NCBI RefSeq assembly: GCF_009914755.1
Contig: NC_060934.1
Reading direction: 5' to 3' (one strand)
Length of the DNA: 64,000 bases
Source: the human T2T-CHM13v2.0 reference genome, Homo sapiens
The stretch's first letter is position 1; each line of letters begins with the position of its first letter. Below the pieces are notes generated by a model. It made no database searches. It worked only from the letters and a program-made list of their open reading frames with translations, and was not told the origin of the DNA. A program made the translations under genes and the position numbers. Shown in pieces: positions 1-31,255 of the stretch.

Positions 1-72
1 TTGCACAATGACAAAATCACCTAATGATGCATTTCTCAAAATGTATCCCTGTCACTAAGTGATGCAGGATTG
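1..72 (+). mobile_element. Terminal end of a Tigger3/MER7-like DNA transposon
   Basis: CACAATGACAAAATCACCTAATGATGCATTTCTC...TAAGTGATGCAGGATTG followed by TA. Confidence 0.65.
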
Positions 73-74
73 TA

Positions 75-7160
<7,086 letters not shown>

Positions 7161-7429
7161 TCATTCTCTTGGCTGGTGATAGGTATCTGGGGAGAGAGTT
7201 ACTATCTGGGTCTAATTCTGCCACACCCTCAACCTCCTCTCCTATCCCTTCCCTCCCAGTTTACTTAAGCAGAAGAGGATGTGCCTTTGGATGAACCTGT
7301 TGGGTCTCCAGGTTCTGCTGCTCCTGAAATACCACTTCCCAAGGCTGACTCCTCCCTTATGTAGGCACAAAGTGGAGGAATTAGCAGGAGGAGGGGATGT
7401 CAAGTGGTGAACTACAGGGTCTGGGTCCT

Positions 7430-8380
7430 CGTGGTGGTTTTGTATTGTGTCGCCTTGGTTAAGTTGAGACTACTTTTCCCAGAATACCCTTCCCTGCATG
7501 GTTCTGGGTTGGAGTTGGCCTAAGGAAATTTGCTCAAGATTTGGAAGTTAGAAGTAAAGCAAGTCTGAAGGTTTTATGCTTCTGAAGGTTGTCATGGCTA
7601 CAGGCAGTGAGAGAGCAATGCAAAGGTTCCAGAGTTCCAACTGTTTTGGTTTGTTTGTTTGTTTGTTTTGAGACAGGGTTTTACTCTGTTGCCCAGGCTG
7701 GGGTGCAGGGGCATGAACATGGCTCACTGCACCCTTGACCTTCTGGGCTCAAGCGATCCTCTTGCCTCAGGCTTCTGTTTAGCTGGGGCCACAGGCGGGC
7801 ACCAAAATGCCTGGCTAATTTTTTTGTTTTTATTTTGGTAGAGACGAGGTCTCACTTTGTTGCCCATGCTGTTCTCAAACTTCTCGGCTCAAGTGATCCT
7901 CCCACCTCGGCCTCCCAAAGTGCTGTGTTACAGGCATAAGCCACTGCACCTGGTCTCTACTTCGTTCTTACTCTTCTTCCCGACTCTGTGATCAGCTCTT
8001 TTTCCTCACTGACATCTCTTATCACCAGCAGAGGCCTACCACTAGACACCAGGTGAGAACTCACAGAAGTAGAATCTATGAAGAAGCAACAATCTTCTGT
8101 TGACTTTTTACAGTGGCTCCCTTTCTCTCTTCCACTGCAGGAAGCAAGATAAACTTATCTTCCTCATTTTCCAGCAAGCTCCAGCTTGTCTCCCCTCCAC
8201 CCCCAACCAGTGCTTTCCAAGGGCCGATAAGTGATTTTCCCACCATCCTACAACTCCCTTTGTGACCTCTACTTCTCCGTCTCCTCCAACAATTGTGTAA
8301 AATCTCATTCCTATAATAATCATTCATTCCATGATATTTGCAGTGGTTCTACTTCCCTGGTTGAGCCCTGGTAGATACGG
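7430..8380. mobile_element. MLT2-like (ERVL) LTR with an Alu inserted
   Basis: TTGGTTAAGTTGAGACTACTTTTCCCAGAATACCCTTCCCTG...GTGGTTCTACTTCCCTGGTTGAGCCCTGG. Confidence 0.5.
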
Positions 8381-8863
8381 TTCCTGAGAACTTCATGGAG
8401 CAGTTTCTGCACCAAACCTGCCCTCTCTACCTCTGGACCTCTACGTGGAAAAGAGAAGTACATCTCTGTCTTGGGTCATCCACTGTTATTTTGGTCTGCC
8501 TTCCTGGAGCCAGGCCGCCACTGGTCTTGAACCCCTATCCTCCTCTAGACCATTATGGGAGACAGAAAGAACTTCTACCTTATCTGACACATTGCATTTT
8601 TTAGTTTCTAACAGGAACTTGCCTTATAGCTTAAGTAAATCCCACTTCCTCTACCTCACTTTTTACTTGGCTGTATTTTACTCACTCTTCGGTTTTTCCT
8701 GACGTCTAGATAAGTCTGATCCTTTTATTGTGCCAGCAGTCTCCCAATACCCTGGGCAGAACACCCATCACTTAGGAAATATTTGCTCCATGACTGTCTC
8801 CCCTACTAGACTAGACCCTGACTCTTTTTTCCTTGTTTTTGTTTTTGTTTTTTTGAGATATAG

Positions 8864-9055
<192 letters not shown>

Positions 9056-9142
9056 TGAACTCCTGACCTCAGGTGATCCTCCTGCCTCAGCTCCCAAAGT
9101 GCTGGGATTACAGGTGTGAACCACTGCGCCCAGCAACCCTGA

Positions 9143-9475
<333 letters not shown>

Positions 9476-11332
9476 TGACTCTTATTCCTGTTCTCCTCCC
9501 AGCCCATAACACAGAACTGACACACAGCAATTCATTGAATGAATGAACCTTTTTTAAGGTAGCTACAGAGAAGATAAACCTTTTGGTGGGTTTGGCTGAG
9601 ATTGGTCTGTACAGCAGCTCTAAATTCCTTGAGCAGGGCCTGGCTTGTCCATGTCTTATGCTCTTTCATTTTAAAGCCTTGAGCTACTTTCTAAACATTG
9701 GGTGCCTCATAGCCAGTTACTGCACATTAAGAGGATATGGTATGTGTGCTCCAGACATCAAGGCCACCAGACCCACCCCGCTATGTGTGACATGTGGAAC
9801 ACAGCATTGGGACATACCCAACCTTTGCTATCTTCTCTAAGAACTGCCTACCAAACACCTTTCCTGCCCAGGCTGGAGTGCAGTGGCATGATCTCGGCTC
9901 ACTGCAACCTCCGCCTTCCGGTTTCAAGTGATTCTCCTGCCTCAGCCTCCTGAGGAGTGGGCCCAGCCTGGGGTCACCGCTATCCTGTGGAATACTTATA
10001 TGAGTGTTAGGAAAAAGTGTACTTTCTCAGCATACTTTATTGCCATCTGCTAAAGTGGTTTCATTATGAATACAGGTATTTACAGTGTCTCTCATGTGAA
10101 TGGGACCCTTGGAGTTATCCACTGCACAGCCTGCATAACCAAATGTGGATACTGCCCTGCCAGCCTCCCATTAGCCTTATTAGCGTCATGTGACCTTGCC
10201 TTCCTTGGAAGCCAGGCTGATTGGACCAGCAGTGGAGATCCCACTCAAGCTGGCCAATCAGATTGGTTCTCCCAGGAATTTGAAGTTGGGATAAGCAACT
10301 CCAGCTTGTCATCATTGCACTGGAAGAAAATGTTGAATAGTGGCTGACATGTTTCAGTTAGGTTTCCTGATTGCAAGCAACAGAAACCAATATTAATGTA
10401 AATGGATAACTTAAGCAAAATGGAATGTATTGGAAGTAGTCTCTGAAAGCCAGAGAACCAGGGGGCCAGAAAGGAGGAGGAGCAATGGAACAGACTCACA
10501 CCAGAATAGTCAGAATAGTCTGGTCAGGCCCCCACTGCTGGGTGAATGACCTCCATCCATTTCTCCCTCTTCTGTGTCTTTCCTGTGGGACTCATAGTCT
10601 TGGGCAAGAGCATCTGACCAGTCAAACTTCACTCAGGTGCCCAAACCTGGATATATGGCGATGGTGAGAGGAGTCTGCCTGTATTTTTCTCCCTTCACTC
10701 AAAAAACTTTTTTTCCATTTATAAACATATTTAGAACACATAAAACTAGACAACTTTAGCTAGGCATGGTGGCTCATGCCTGTAATCCCAGCACTTTGGG
10801 AGGCCAAGGCTGGTGATCACCTGAGGTCAGGAGTTCAAGACCAGCCTGGCCAAAATGGTGAAACCCCGTCTCTACTAAAAATACAAAAATTAGCCAGGCA
10901 TGGTGGCGCGTGCCTGTAATCCCAGCTACTCAGGATGCTGAGGCAGGAGAATCACTTGAACCTGGGAGGCGGAGGTTGCAGCGAGCCAATGTCATGCTCC
11001 CCATGCTGAGATCATGCCACTGCACCCCAGCCTGGGCATTAGAGCAAGATCTTGTCTCTCTTTTTTTTTTTTAGACGGAGTTTCGCTCTTTTGCCCAGGC
11101 TGGAGAGCAGTGGCATGATCTTGGCTCACTGCAATCTCCGCCTTCCGGTTTCAAGTGATTCTCCTGCCTCAGCCTCCTGAGGAGGCTGCAAGGCAGTTTG
11201 AAAGTTTCTTGCAAAATTAGATGTACTCTTACCACATAATTCAGCAATTGTACTCCTTGGGTTTTTGTTTTGTTTTGTTTTGTTTTGTTTGTAGAGCTCT
11301 CAGCCTGCTGAAGATCTAGATGTTTATGATGA

Positions 11333-11659
<327 letters not shown>

Positions 11660-12486
11660 TAACAGACTTTTAAAGAGTAATTTTAGGTTCTCAGCAAAAC
11701 TGAGCAGAAAGTACAGAGTTCCCTCACATTCCTGTCCCCTCCAGCATTCCCACTATCAACATTCAGTACCATGGTGGTACATTTGTTACAGTGAATGAAT
11801 CTACATTAGCACACCATTATCACTGAAAGTCAAGAATTTTCATCAAGGTCACTCTTGGCATTGCACATTCTATGGATTTGGACAAATGTGTAATGAAAGG
11901 TATACATCATTATAGTATCATGCGGAGTATTTTCACTGCCTTAAACATCCTCTGTGCTCTATTCATCCCTTCAACCCTCCTAATCCCTGGTGATCCCAGG
12001 TGACCACTGATCTTCTTACTGTCTTCGTGGTCTTGCCTTTTCTAAAATGTCATATGGTTGGAATCATATAGGATGCAGTCCTTTTCAGATCACCTTCTCT
12101 CATTTAGTGATATGAATATGTTTCCTTCATGTCTTTTCATGTCTTGATAGTGTGTTTCTTTTTACTGCCAAGTAGTAGTCCATTGTCTGGAGGTTTATTT
12201 ATCTATTCACCTACTGAAAAACATCTTCATTACTTCTAAGTTTTGGCAATTATGAATAAAGCTGTTATAAACATCCATGTGTAGATTTTTTGTATGGACA
12301 TAAATTTTCAACTCATTCGGGTAAATACCAAGGAGTACAACTGCTGCATTGAATGGTAAGAGTATGTTTAGTTTTGCAAGAAACTGCCAAACTGTCTTTC
12401 AAAGTAGCCAAACCATTTTGCATTCCCACTAGCAATGAATGAGAGTTCCTGTTGCTCCGTATCCTCGCCAGCATTTGGTATTATCA
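11660..12486 (-). mobile_element. Old L1 3' end (L1MC-like; end of ORF2 plus 3' UTR)
   Basis: TTTTAGGTTCTCAGCAAAACTGAGCAGAAAGTACAGAG...GGTACATTTGTTACA... and GAGAGTTCCTGTTGCTCC..ATCCTCGCCAGCATTTGG resemble antisense L1M 3' sequence. Confidence 0.8.
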
Positions 12487-12498
12487 AAAGGAGAAGCT

Positions 12499-13350
<852 letters not shown>

Positions 13351-13457
13351 TTAGGGAGGTTGGTGGATCACTTGAGCCCAGGAGTTTGAGACGAGCTTGA
13401 GCAACATGGTGAAACTCCATCTCTACAAAAAATACAAAAATTAGCTAAGCATGGTAG

Positions 13458-14061
13458 TGAGACAGGATTCTTTCCCTTGACCTTGACCCCCTTCATGGGC
13501 AGGAACTGGAGTGGCTCCTTTCACTTAGCCTGCAGTCCATGGATGGCTAAGTGTTAACAGCTCAGTGAAGGGTCAGGGTGACAGCCTCCTGCACCTGCCC
13601 TTTTTGACAGCCAAGTTCTGGCTCGGTGTCCGGGAAGAATCAGGTCACACGAATTGTTTGAAAGATGATGAATGCAGAAAGCTTTATTGAGCAGTGGAAG
13701 TGGCTCCTGATGGAAGGGGAGCTGGAAAAGAAGAAGGTGATCTTTCCCTGAAGCCACACTGTCTGAAGTTAGCTGTGTCTATCTGTAGTCTCCGATGCTC
13801 AGTTGCTTGCTCCTCTGCTTGCCACTCAGCCACTTACATCCCCAAGGCTCAGCAGCTTGCATCCCCAACAATATGCATCAGCCACTTGTGTTGCTCTTTT
13901 CTTCTGCCAGCTGGTCTGGTTTTTATGGGCACAGGATAGGGGCATGGCAGGCCAAAAAGGCAATCATTTGGATGGAAAAGCGGGGTCAGCTGTTTTCACT
14001 TAGGGCCGAGGTTTGAGGCTTGAGGGTGCAGTTTAGGTGGGAGCCCAGCTGTTCTGTATCA
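13458..14061 (-). mobile_element. Solo ERV1-class LTR (LTR1/27/28-like) inserted in an AluJ
   Basis: TG...CA termini, 4-bp TSD GTAG (13454-13457 and 14062-14065), minus-strand AATAAA near 13683-13688; the Alu sequence continues on both sides. Confidence 0.8.
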
Positions 14062-14330
14062 GTAGCACACTTGTAGTCCCAGTTATTCAGGAGGCTAAGG
14101 TGGGAGGATCACCTGAGCCCAGGAGGTCAAGGCTACAGTGAGCCATGATCACACCTCTGCACTCCAGCCTGGGTGACAGAGCAAGACTCTGTCAAAAAAA
14201 GCAAAAAAAGATAAAATCTTAAACACCATGGAAAGGAAGAGCATTCACAGCTCCAGCTTTGTTCCCATCCCTCTGGTTCTGTGGAGGCAGGAAAATGCCT
14301 GGATTTACCATCCCACACAGGTCACATCCA

Positions 14331-14613
14331 GTGTGAGAGGGTCAGGTCTCCCCGCATTAATATATTGTCTTATTTTCTGTGTTCTTGATACTCTGGCATC
14401 TGAGGCCTAGCTGAATGGAGATGGAGTGCCCCTACTCAGCCTAGCTGATTCTTAGAGAGAGCCAGGGACTCACCTAGCTGGGGAGTATGCCTTTCATATG
14501 CAAATGAACCAATCCAGAGCCCATACTGTTCACCACCTCTTCTGTCTGACTCTTACAATCTATCGGGCAATAATCCTCTCCCTTAGTCATTCCAGGGCCA
14601 GGTAGCAGGCAAC
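14331..14613 (+). mobile_element. Older LTR fragment (MER21/MER77-like)
   Basis: CTTTCATATGCAAATGAACCAATCCAGAGCCCATAC...CCAGGGCCAGGTAGCAGGCAAC resembles this family; interrupted by MER41. Confidence 0.5.
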
Positions 14614-15105
14614 TGTCAGAGGCATTTGAACCAGAGAAACTCCATCTTGAATGGGGGCTGAGTAAAATAAGGCTGAGGCCTCCTGGACTACATTCTCAGT
14701 AGGATTCTTAGTCACAGGATGAGAGAGGAGGTTGGCACAAGACACAGGTCACAAAGACCTTGCTGATAAAACAGCATGTGGTAAAGAAGCCAGCCACATC
14801 CCACCAAAACCAAGATGGCCATGAAAGTGACCTCTGGACATCCTCACTGCCCATTATATGCTAATTATAATGCATTAGCTTGCTAAAAGACACTCCCACC
14901 AGCACCATGACAATTTACAAATGCCATAGCAACGTCAGGAAGTTCCCCTATATGGTCTAAAAAGGAGAAGAAACCTCAGTTCTGGGAGTTGTCCACCCCT
15001 TTCCTGGAAAATTCATGAATAATCCACCCCTTGTTTAGCGTATAATGAAGAAATAACCATAAAAATAGCCAGTGAGCAGCCCATGCTGGTGTTCTGCCTA
15101 TGCAC
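14614..15105 (+). mobile_element. MER41 LTR, 3' end missing
   Basis: Starts TGTCAGAGGCATTTGAACCAGAGAAACTCCATCTTGAAT; GAS motif TTCCTGGAA at 15001-15009; interrupted by a HERV-H LTR. Confidence 0.85.
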
Positions 15106-15109
15106 TGGC

Positions 15110-15630
15110 TTTCATGCACGTCCGTGTAAAGAGACCACCAAGAGGCTCTGTGTGAGCAACAAGACGGTTTATTTCACTTGGGTGCAAGTGGGCTGAGTCC
15201 AAAAAGAGACTCAGCAAAGGGTGGTGGGATTATCATTAGTTCTTATAGGTTTGGGATAGGCAGTGAAGTTAGGAGCAATTTTTTGCAGGCAGGGGTTGGA
15301 TCTTACAAAGTACATTCTCAAGGGCGGGGAGAATATTACAAAGTACCTTCTTAAGGGTGGGGAGGGTGTATCCTACAAAGTACCTTCACAAGGGCAGGGG
15401 AATATCACAAAGTACATTATTGCAAGGGTGGGGAAGGTGTATTGTCACAAAGTTAATTGATCAGTTAGGGTGGGGCAGGAACAAATCACAATGGTGGAAT
15501 GTCACCAGTTAAGGCAGGAACTGGCTATTTTCACTTATTTTGTGGATCTTCAGTTGCTTCAGGCCATCTGGATGTATATGTGCAGGTCACAGGGGATATG
15601 ATGGCTTAGCTTGGGCTCAGAGGCCTGACA
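15110..15630 (-). mobile_element. HERV-H 3' LTR (LTR7 family, tandem-repeat subtype)
   Basis: Minus strand starts TGTCAGGCCTCTGAGCCCAAGCTAAGCCATCATATCCCC and ends CGTGCATGAAA; preceded by the polypurine tract AAGAAGATAGGAG; about 4 copies of a 32-40 bp ACAAAGTAC..AAGGG unit at 15304-15450. Confidence 0.92.
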
Positions 15631-20280
<4,650 letters not shown>

Positions 20281-21900
20281 CTGGCCTCATGATCTGCCCA
20301 CCCCGGCCTCCCAAAGTGCTGGGATTACAGGCATGAGTCACTGTGCCCCGCACAAATTATCTTTTCAACAGCAATCATCTCCTGATCTGTTAGCCTCACT
20401 ATACCTGAATAAAAACAGAATCCCAGGTACAGTTAACAATAGTCTTCCATCGGAAATTGGGTGCTGTTAGGAAGGGGTATAGATGCTGAGTCACTTCAAA
20501 ATGACAACTATCTACTGCACAATGCAGACAGAGGCAAATGAAGCCAGTCAGGAGTATGGGGGTAGGGTAGACAGGAGAATGGCAGGCAACTGGGAAAGCT
20601 TGAAAGAGAGTTGAGGAGAGCAACTCCAGTTTATCACTGTCAAGCTCCTAGATCTAGGCCCTTAGAAGGTCCACTTCTAACTCTGCAACTTCGAGACTGT
20701 GACAAGACCCTGTTTCCTTCCAGGAAGCACCCCGCTTTTTGTTAAGCAAGTCTAAGTTTTTGCTCCTTGCAGCCCATGATTCCTCCTTATAACAGGGAAT
20801 TTTGCAACCCACATAGATGCACCTCAGACTATACAAACGCCTTTATCCAGCCTATGGCCCAATGGTTATCTGTCCAGGCACCTCCTGCCTTTCCCCTTCC
20901 CTCTCCTTCCCCAGCCTGACCGCCTCTGGGCTTAGGATCCCAGGCCAGTGCCTTCCTAGCCCGGATGCTCCCTTCTTTTCTGGTCCAGCTACCTCCCACC
21001 TCGCCTTCCTTGACCTCAGGTGGGGTTTCCCTTCTGCAGAGCAGGGATGGAGGCCGGGGTCCTCCCAGCAGAGAAGCCCTGTGTTCCTCCTCTCTTGCCT
21101 GAGCAGCCCCACCCCCAAGGCTGGCAGAGGCTGGCCCTGAAGCTCCTGATCGTCTCCCTCCGGTCTGACTGCCTTACCTTTTTAGCCTAAATCCCAGCCC
21201 CTCCTTTTAGGAACTGTCATCATGTTTAATCCTGCCTGGGGGAGACCCCCTCCACCTTCCTAAATGGAAGGTATTCCATTACATGCTAAAGTGCAGTTTA
21301 AGTAGCTGTAAGGAAGTGTGACAGAAAGTCTGTCAGAGTGGGGCTGGACTTGCCAAAACTTGGTGTGATGTGGGGACTCTGTCAACGTGCTCCTAGGGAA
21401 ACCTGAGCTGAGCTGAGGCTGGGGCTGGCAGGATGTTCAAGGTAAGAGGCAGGAAGTGGTGTGGGGGAGGGGCAGCCAAAGCGCTGGACCCCCAGGTGGC
21501 CTGAGAAGGACTCCCAGTGGGTGGGGGCCGGGGACTTCTTCCTCGTCATTGTGCTGCCAGACAAAGGCAGATGGGTCACCAGGACACCCAGACTGCATTA
21601 GGGTGGCCAGGTTGGGCCCAACTCTTGTTGGAACAGGAGTGGGGGTAGAAGGTGGGTAGGGAGGAGGAGGTTGGACAGGATTTCCTCCAAGTGTTTCAGC
21701 CTGAGGCCAGAGGCATCCGGACCTGGAGAGGAAAGGCTCTCCCTCCAGAGGAGAGAAGTTGGTGGTTCCTGGAGGAGAAAACTGGCGCCTTGGCAGCTGG
21801 AGGGCCCAGGCCTGGACACCAACAATATTGAACAGCATGAACTGTGCCCGAAGACGGCCAATGGAGCAAATACTGGCAATGGCCCAGCCAGAGTCCATAG

Positions 21901-22284
<384 letters not shown>

Positions 22285-23127
22285 TGATGCCCAATCTTTA
22301 GATGAAACCTCCTCTCTGTCTGGCCCAGGGCTGGGTGGTCACAGAGTCAAGGCTCAGTCTGCATTATTTCCTTGGCCTCTCCCCCGGCATCTTCTGCACC
22401 TCACTCTGCACTCCCCGATCCCTCCAGGTGAGCCCAGGACCTGCCACACTGTGCCAGCCTCGCCCAAGCCACCCCCCAGCCAGGACGCGGTCTTTCCTGA
22501 CTCAGCAGGCTGAGGCACCTGAGGCTTTCATTTTAATTATGAACCACTTCAAAGCCTTTCTGGAAGCAGGTGAGAGACAAAAGTGTAAACAAGTGAATGA
22601 GTGAGTCATCCGGCCCTCCCTGCCTGGATATTCCTGTCATCCATCCTGCCTCTCTCTCACCCACAGTCTCTGCAATAACCAACCTGGGTTCTCTCCTAAT
22701 GTGGGGATTGTCCTGGAGCCCAGGCCTTCCAAGGCTCCTCCGCCCGCCAACATCACCTACCTCATCTTCCTCTTCAGCACATCCCCAACATTGTCTAAGC
22801 GGTAACTCACCTGAGCAAAGCACTTGACACGGATTCATTCATTTACTCCTCACAACAACCTGATGAGGTAGGTACTATTATGTCCATTTTACAGGTGGCA
22901 AAAACAAGGCCTAGAGAGGTGAAGTAACTTATCTGTCTAAGGTTACACAGGTTGGTAGTGGGCCCAAGGTTCAAATTCCAGCAGTCAGGCTGGGCGCGGT
23001 GGCTCATCCCTGTAATCCTAGCACTTTGGGAAGCTGGGGCGGGTGGATTGCCTGAGGCCAGGATTTCAAGACCAGCCTGACCAATATGGCAAAACCCCAT
23101 CTCTACTAAAAATGCAAAAATTAGTCA

Positions 23128-23445
<318 letters not shown>

Positions 23446-23762
23446 TCAAGCAAGCCTCCCACCTCAGCCTCCCACCCCAAGTAGCTAGAACAAAAAGCAT
23501 GCACCACCATGCCCAGCTGATTTTTTAATTTTTTTTTTTTTTGTAGAATGAGGTCTCACCATGTTGCCCAGGCTGGTCCAAACTCCTGGGCTTAAGCAAT
23601 CCTCCCACCTTGGCTTCCCAAAGTGGTGGGATTACAAGGCAGGAGCCACTGCTTCCAGCCTGGGTCAGTAGTTTTAAAAACATTTGTATTTATTTCTATC
23701 ATTACAGAGATGGGGTCTCACTATGTTACCCAGGCAGGTCTTAAGCTCCTCGGCTCAAGTGA

Positions 23763-24376
<614 letters not shown>

Positions 24377-24468
24377 TGACAAAGCTCAACCCATAACAAG
24401 CACATACTCTCCCTATACTCCCTCTTCTCCAAGGTCAGGAGAAGAGAGAGCCTCTCAGCTCTGGGTGT

Positions 24469-24470
<2 letters not shown>

Positions 24471-24520
<50 letters not shown>
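24471..24520. repeat. (GT)25 microsatellite
   Basis: Perfect dinucleotide run. Confidence 0.98.
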
Positions 24521-24521
<1 letters not shown>

Positions 24522-24929
24522 GGGGGAGAGGGCAGGATAATCGAGGTGACTTCTTGGTGAGACCTCTGCTCTGGATATCAGTTTTTGGAAGATTCATGGC
24601 GGGGACTAGAGGGAAGGCTGGAGGATGGGGAGTTGCAAAGCTGACCCTGCAGCCCATTTCTCTCCATCCAACTGTGACCAGAGCCTCAGCCTCACATTTA
24701 GGGAGGGGAGCAAGGGGTGGAGTGTGCAGTGGGGGAGATGTTGGTGGGTGAACATCTCATCACATCCCAGGTCCCATAGCTGGAGAGTCATCGCTGCAGC
24801 AAGCTCTTGAGTCAGACAAGCCTGAGTCTGAATCTCACTGCTTTGTGGTCTTGGGCTAGTTCTTGACCTTTCTGAGCCTTAATTACTTAAAGTGGAAAGT
24901 GAGATAATGGCAGCTAATTCTAGATGTTG

Positions 24930-26470
<1,541 letters not shown>

Positions 26471-28224
26471 GGGAGTTCCTGAATTCACACAAGTGGTACG
26501 TCCATCCTGGCACTTACTAGACCTTAACTGAGGCCAGTTCCCACCTCTGCAGGACTGTAGGTCCCGGGAGCAGTACACCCCAGGCTGCCCAGTGAGACAG
26601 GGGTCAAGTTCCTTCCCCATCCTAGGCCTCTATTGAAATCTCCAAGCTTCAGCCTCCTTTGTAGCCACTCTCGGGATCTCCCGGCCAGAGCTGAGAGGTG
26701 GGGAATAGGAAGGGATGGTGGGGGAAAGGAAAACAGTCCTTCCTCTTTCCTCACTCCCAAGAATGGGATCTTTGAAGAGTCCAGACAGATTTGTCCAATG
26801 TATCAGGTGATTTGTGCTGAGGGATTCTGTGGACAGAAGAGGTACTGATTGAGAAGCAGGAATGCCCCGCTTTACTCTCCTGCCTCTTGGCAATGGCTGC
26901 GCCTCCGAGCCCAGGAGGGTGTTCTACCCAGAGCCACGGAGGCATCACTCAGCCCTGGGAAAGCAAGCCTGAGTGTCAACATTCTGGCAGAGAGAAGTGC
27001 TAGATGCTTATTTGAAGATGTCTGAACAGACTTGTTTGAGAGACAGCTGGAGTTGTGAAGTAATCCTGGCGTCTCCCCATGTCTCGGTTTTGAAGGCAGG
27101 CTTTGCCTGCAGGCCTCTGACCTCTAACGTCCTTCTATTCTTGTTAGCAATTGACAAAACTTTGCTTAAGACAGAAGTCAACACAGAGAGGGGCTCATCA
27201 TTGCTACTAGAAGGGCTAGTAAGACCCTCCCTCCATGGGGCAGAAGCCAGCTCAGTTTGGGATCCTCCAGGCCAAATGCCTGGGCTGGTAATGTCGTAGC
27301 GGGTGCACACCATTTCAACTCCATACAGTGACCTCTTCTGGCTCCAGTGGCCCCTGGGAGCCAAGGCCTCCAGCCCCAATGGGCAGTGCCAACCCATGAC
27401 GGGGGAGTGGCAGGCTCTGGCTCAGAGTCCTGCTTTGGGAATCCTCCCCCAGAGTGGAGCAGGCTCCGGAGCCCATCGGCTGAGGCCAGGCAGAATGAGT
27501 CCTAGCAGGACACTAAAGTTCCAGGGAGAACAAGAACATAAAGGAGGCCAAAGGGCTGTCAGCAGAATAATTCAGGTCTGCAAAGCCAGGCCTGGGAGTA
27601 AGAGCTGATCAGGACCACAGAAGAGGAGCCTCCAGAGCCATTAACTGCCACCTTCCTCACCTGGCTTCCCTGCTAGTTTCTCTGCCACAGCCCCAGCCCC
27701 TGACAGGGGTGTCACACTACAGACCAAGCACAGCGGCCAGGACCCTCCCGACCAGCTCCGTTCTTTGAGAAAGTCCCCCCACCACAACGTGGGCACGGAG
27801 GGGCTGCTGATCACCGTATTCTTGCACCCCTGGCTCAGGGAAGATCAGCCCAGGGAGGGGTCCCTGACTCAGACCGGCTGATCAGCTCCTTAACGGGGAT
27901 TTTACATACAGGCCATAGGAGGCGGAGGGTCTTTCTTGACCCTAAAGTCACTAGTTGAGGTGACAGAATCCTCGAGTTGTCAGTCTTCCCATGTCCCACA
28001 CGAAGGTCCAACATGAGGAAATGAGGCCGGCACAGCGAAAGGAGCCGAGCCCCAGTGACATGGTTGGTGTTCTGGACCCAGTTGTTCCAGAAGCCCTCCC
28101 TGCTCTGTTCGTATCACTTATGGGAGCTAAGCCATTTCTGCCTTTCCCCTTGGGCTACTTTGAGTTAAACTTCTGTCTCTTCTTTAAAGGCCGGGGAGAG
28201 GGCACTGATTAATGTGCTGTGTGA

Positions 28225-28692
<468 letters not shown>

Positions 28693-28892
28693 TGAAGGTT
28701 GTATAGATTCAGGACTAGGACAACAATTTGGTTGGGGACTCACTAGTGGAAAAAAAGAAGAAAGCTAGCCTGCTGAGATAGATAGGAGAGACGAGAACCA
28801 TATGAGCAAATTGAGAGAGAGAGAGAGACAGAATTTTCCTAATTCCTGAGCCCCAGTGTGCTTCCTGCCCTTCTTTCTGTGACATTCTCTGA

Positions 28893-29277
<385 letters not shown>

Positions 29278-29669
29278 TAAAAGGGTAGTCCTTATAAGGA
29301 TGGCAGGTGTCTCCTGGAACCCTGGGACAGGTGGCACACCTGGGTCTCAGGATGACCTGAAAGCCAGGCAGACCTTCTCTAAATGGGCCTATGGTCTCAA
29401 GTATCTTATTTGAGACCAATTTCCTTCAATTCTCCATGTGCATGAGGCTAAACATGGCTGTCAATAGCCCCAGATTATGCAAGTTCAAGTGGCCACAGAG
29501 ATGTCCGGCCACAGAGATGTCTAGCCCTTGTCCGAATGCCCAGGAGAAAGACTCTGGCAGGCCCAGTCTGGGTCAGTACCTACCTGCTCCAACCAGCCAG
29601 GTCTGGTGGAGTGGGGGTCCCATTGTCTGCTACAGCCCACCTCCAGGGAAGGGTCAAAGAGGAGTCCTC

Positions 29670-31255
<1,586 letters not shown>

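Noticed and set aside
15304-15450. Regularly spaced ACAAAGTAC repeats resembling a CRISPR-like array
   Set aside because: Internal tandem repeats of the HERV-H LTR; the spacers are similar to each other and the context is eukaryotic.
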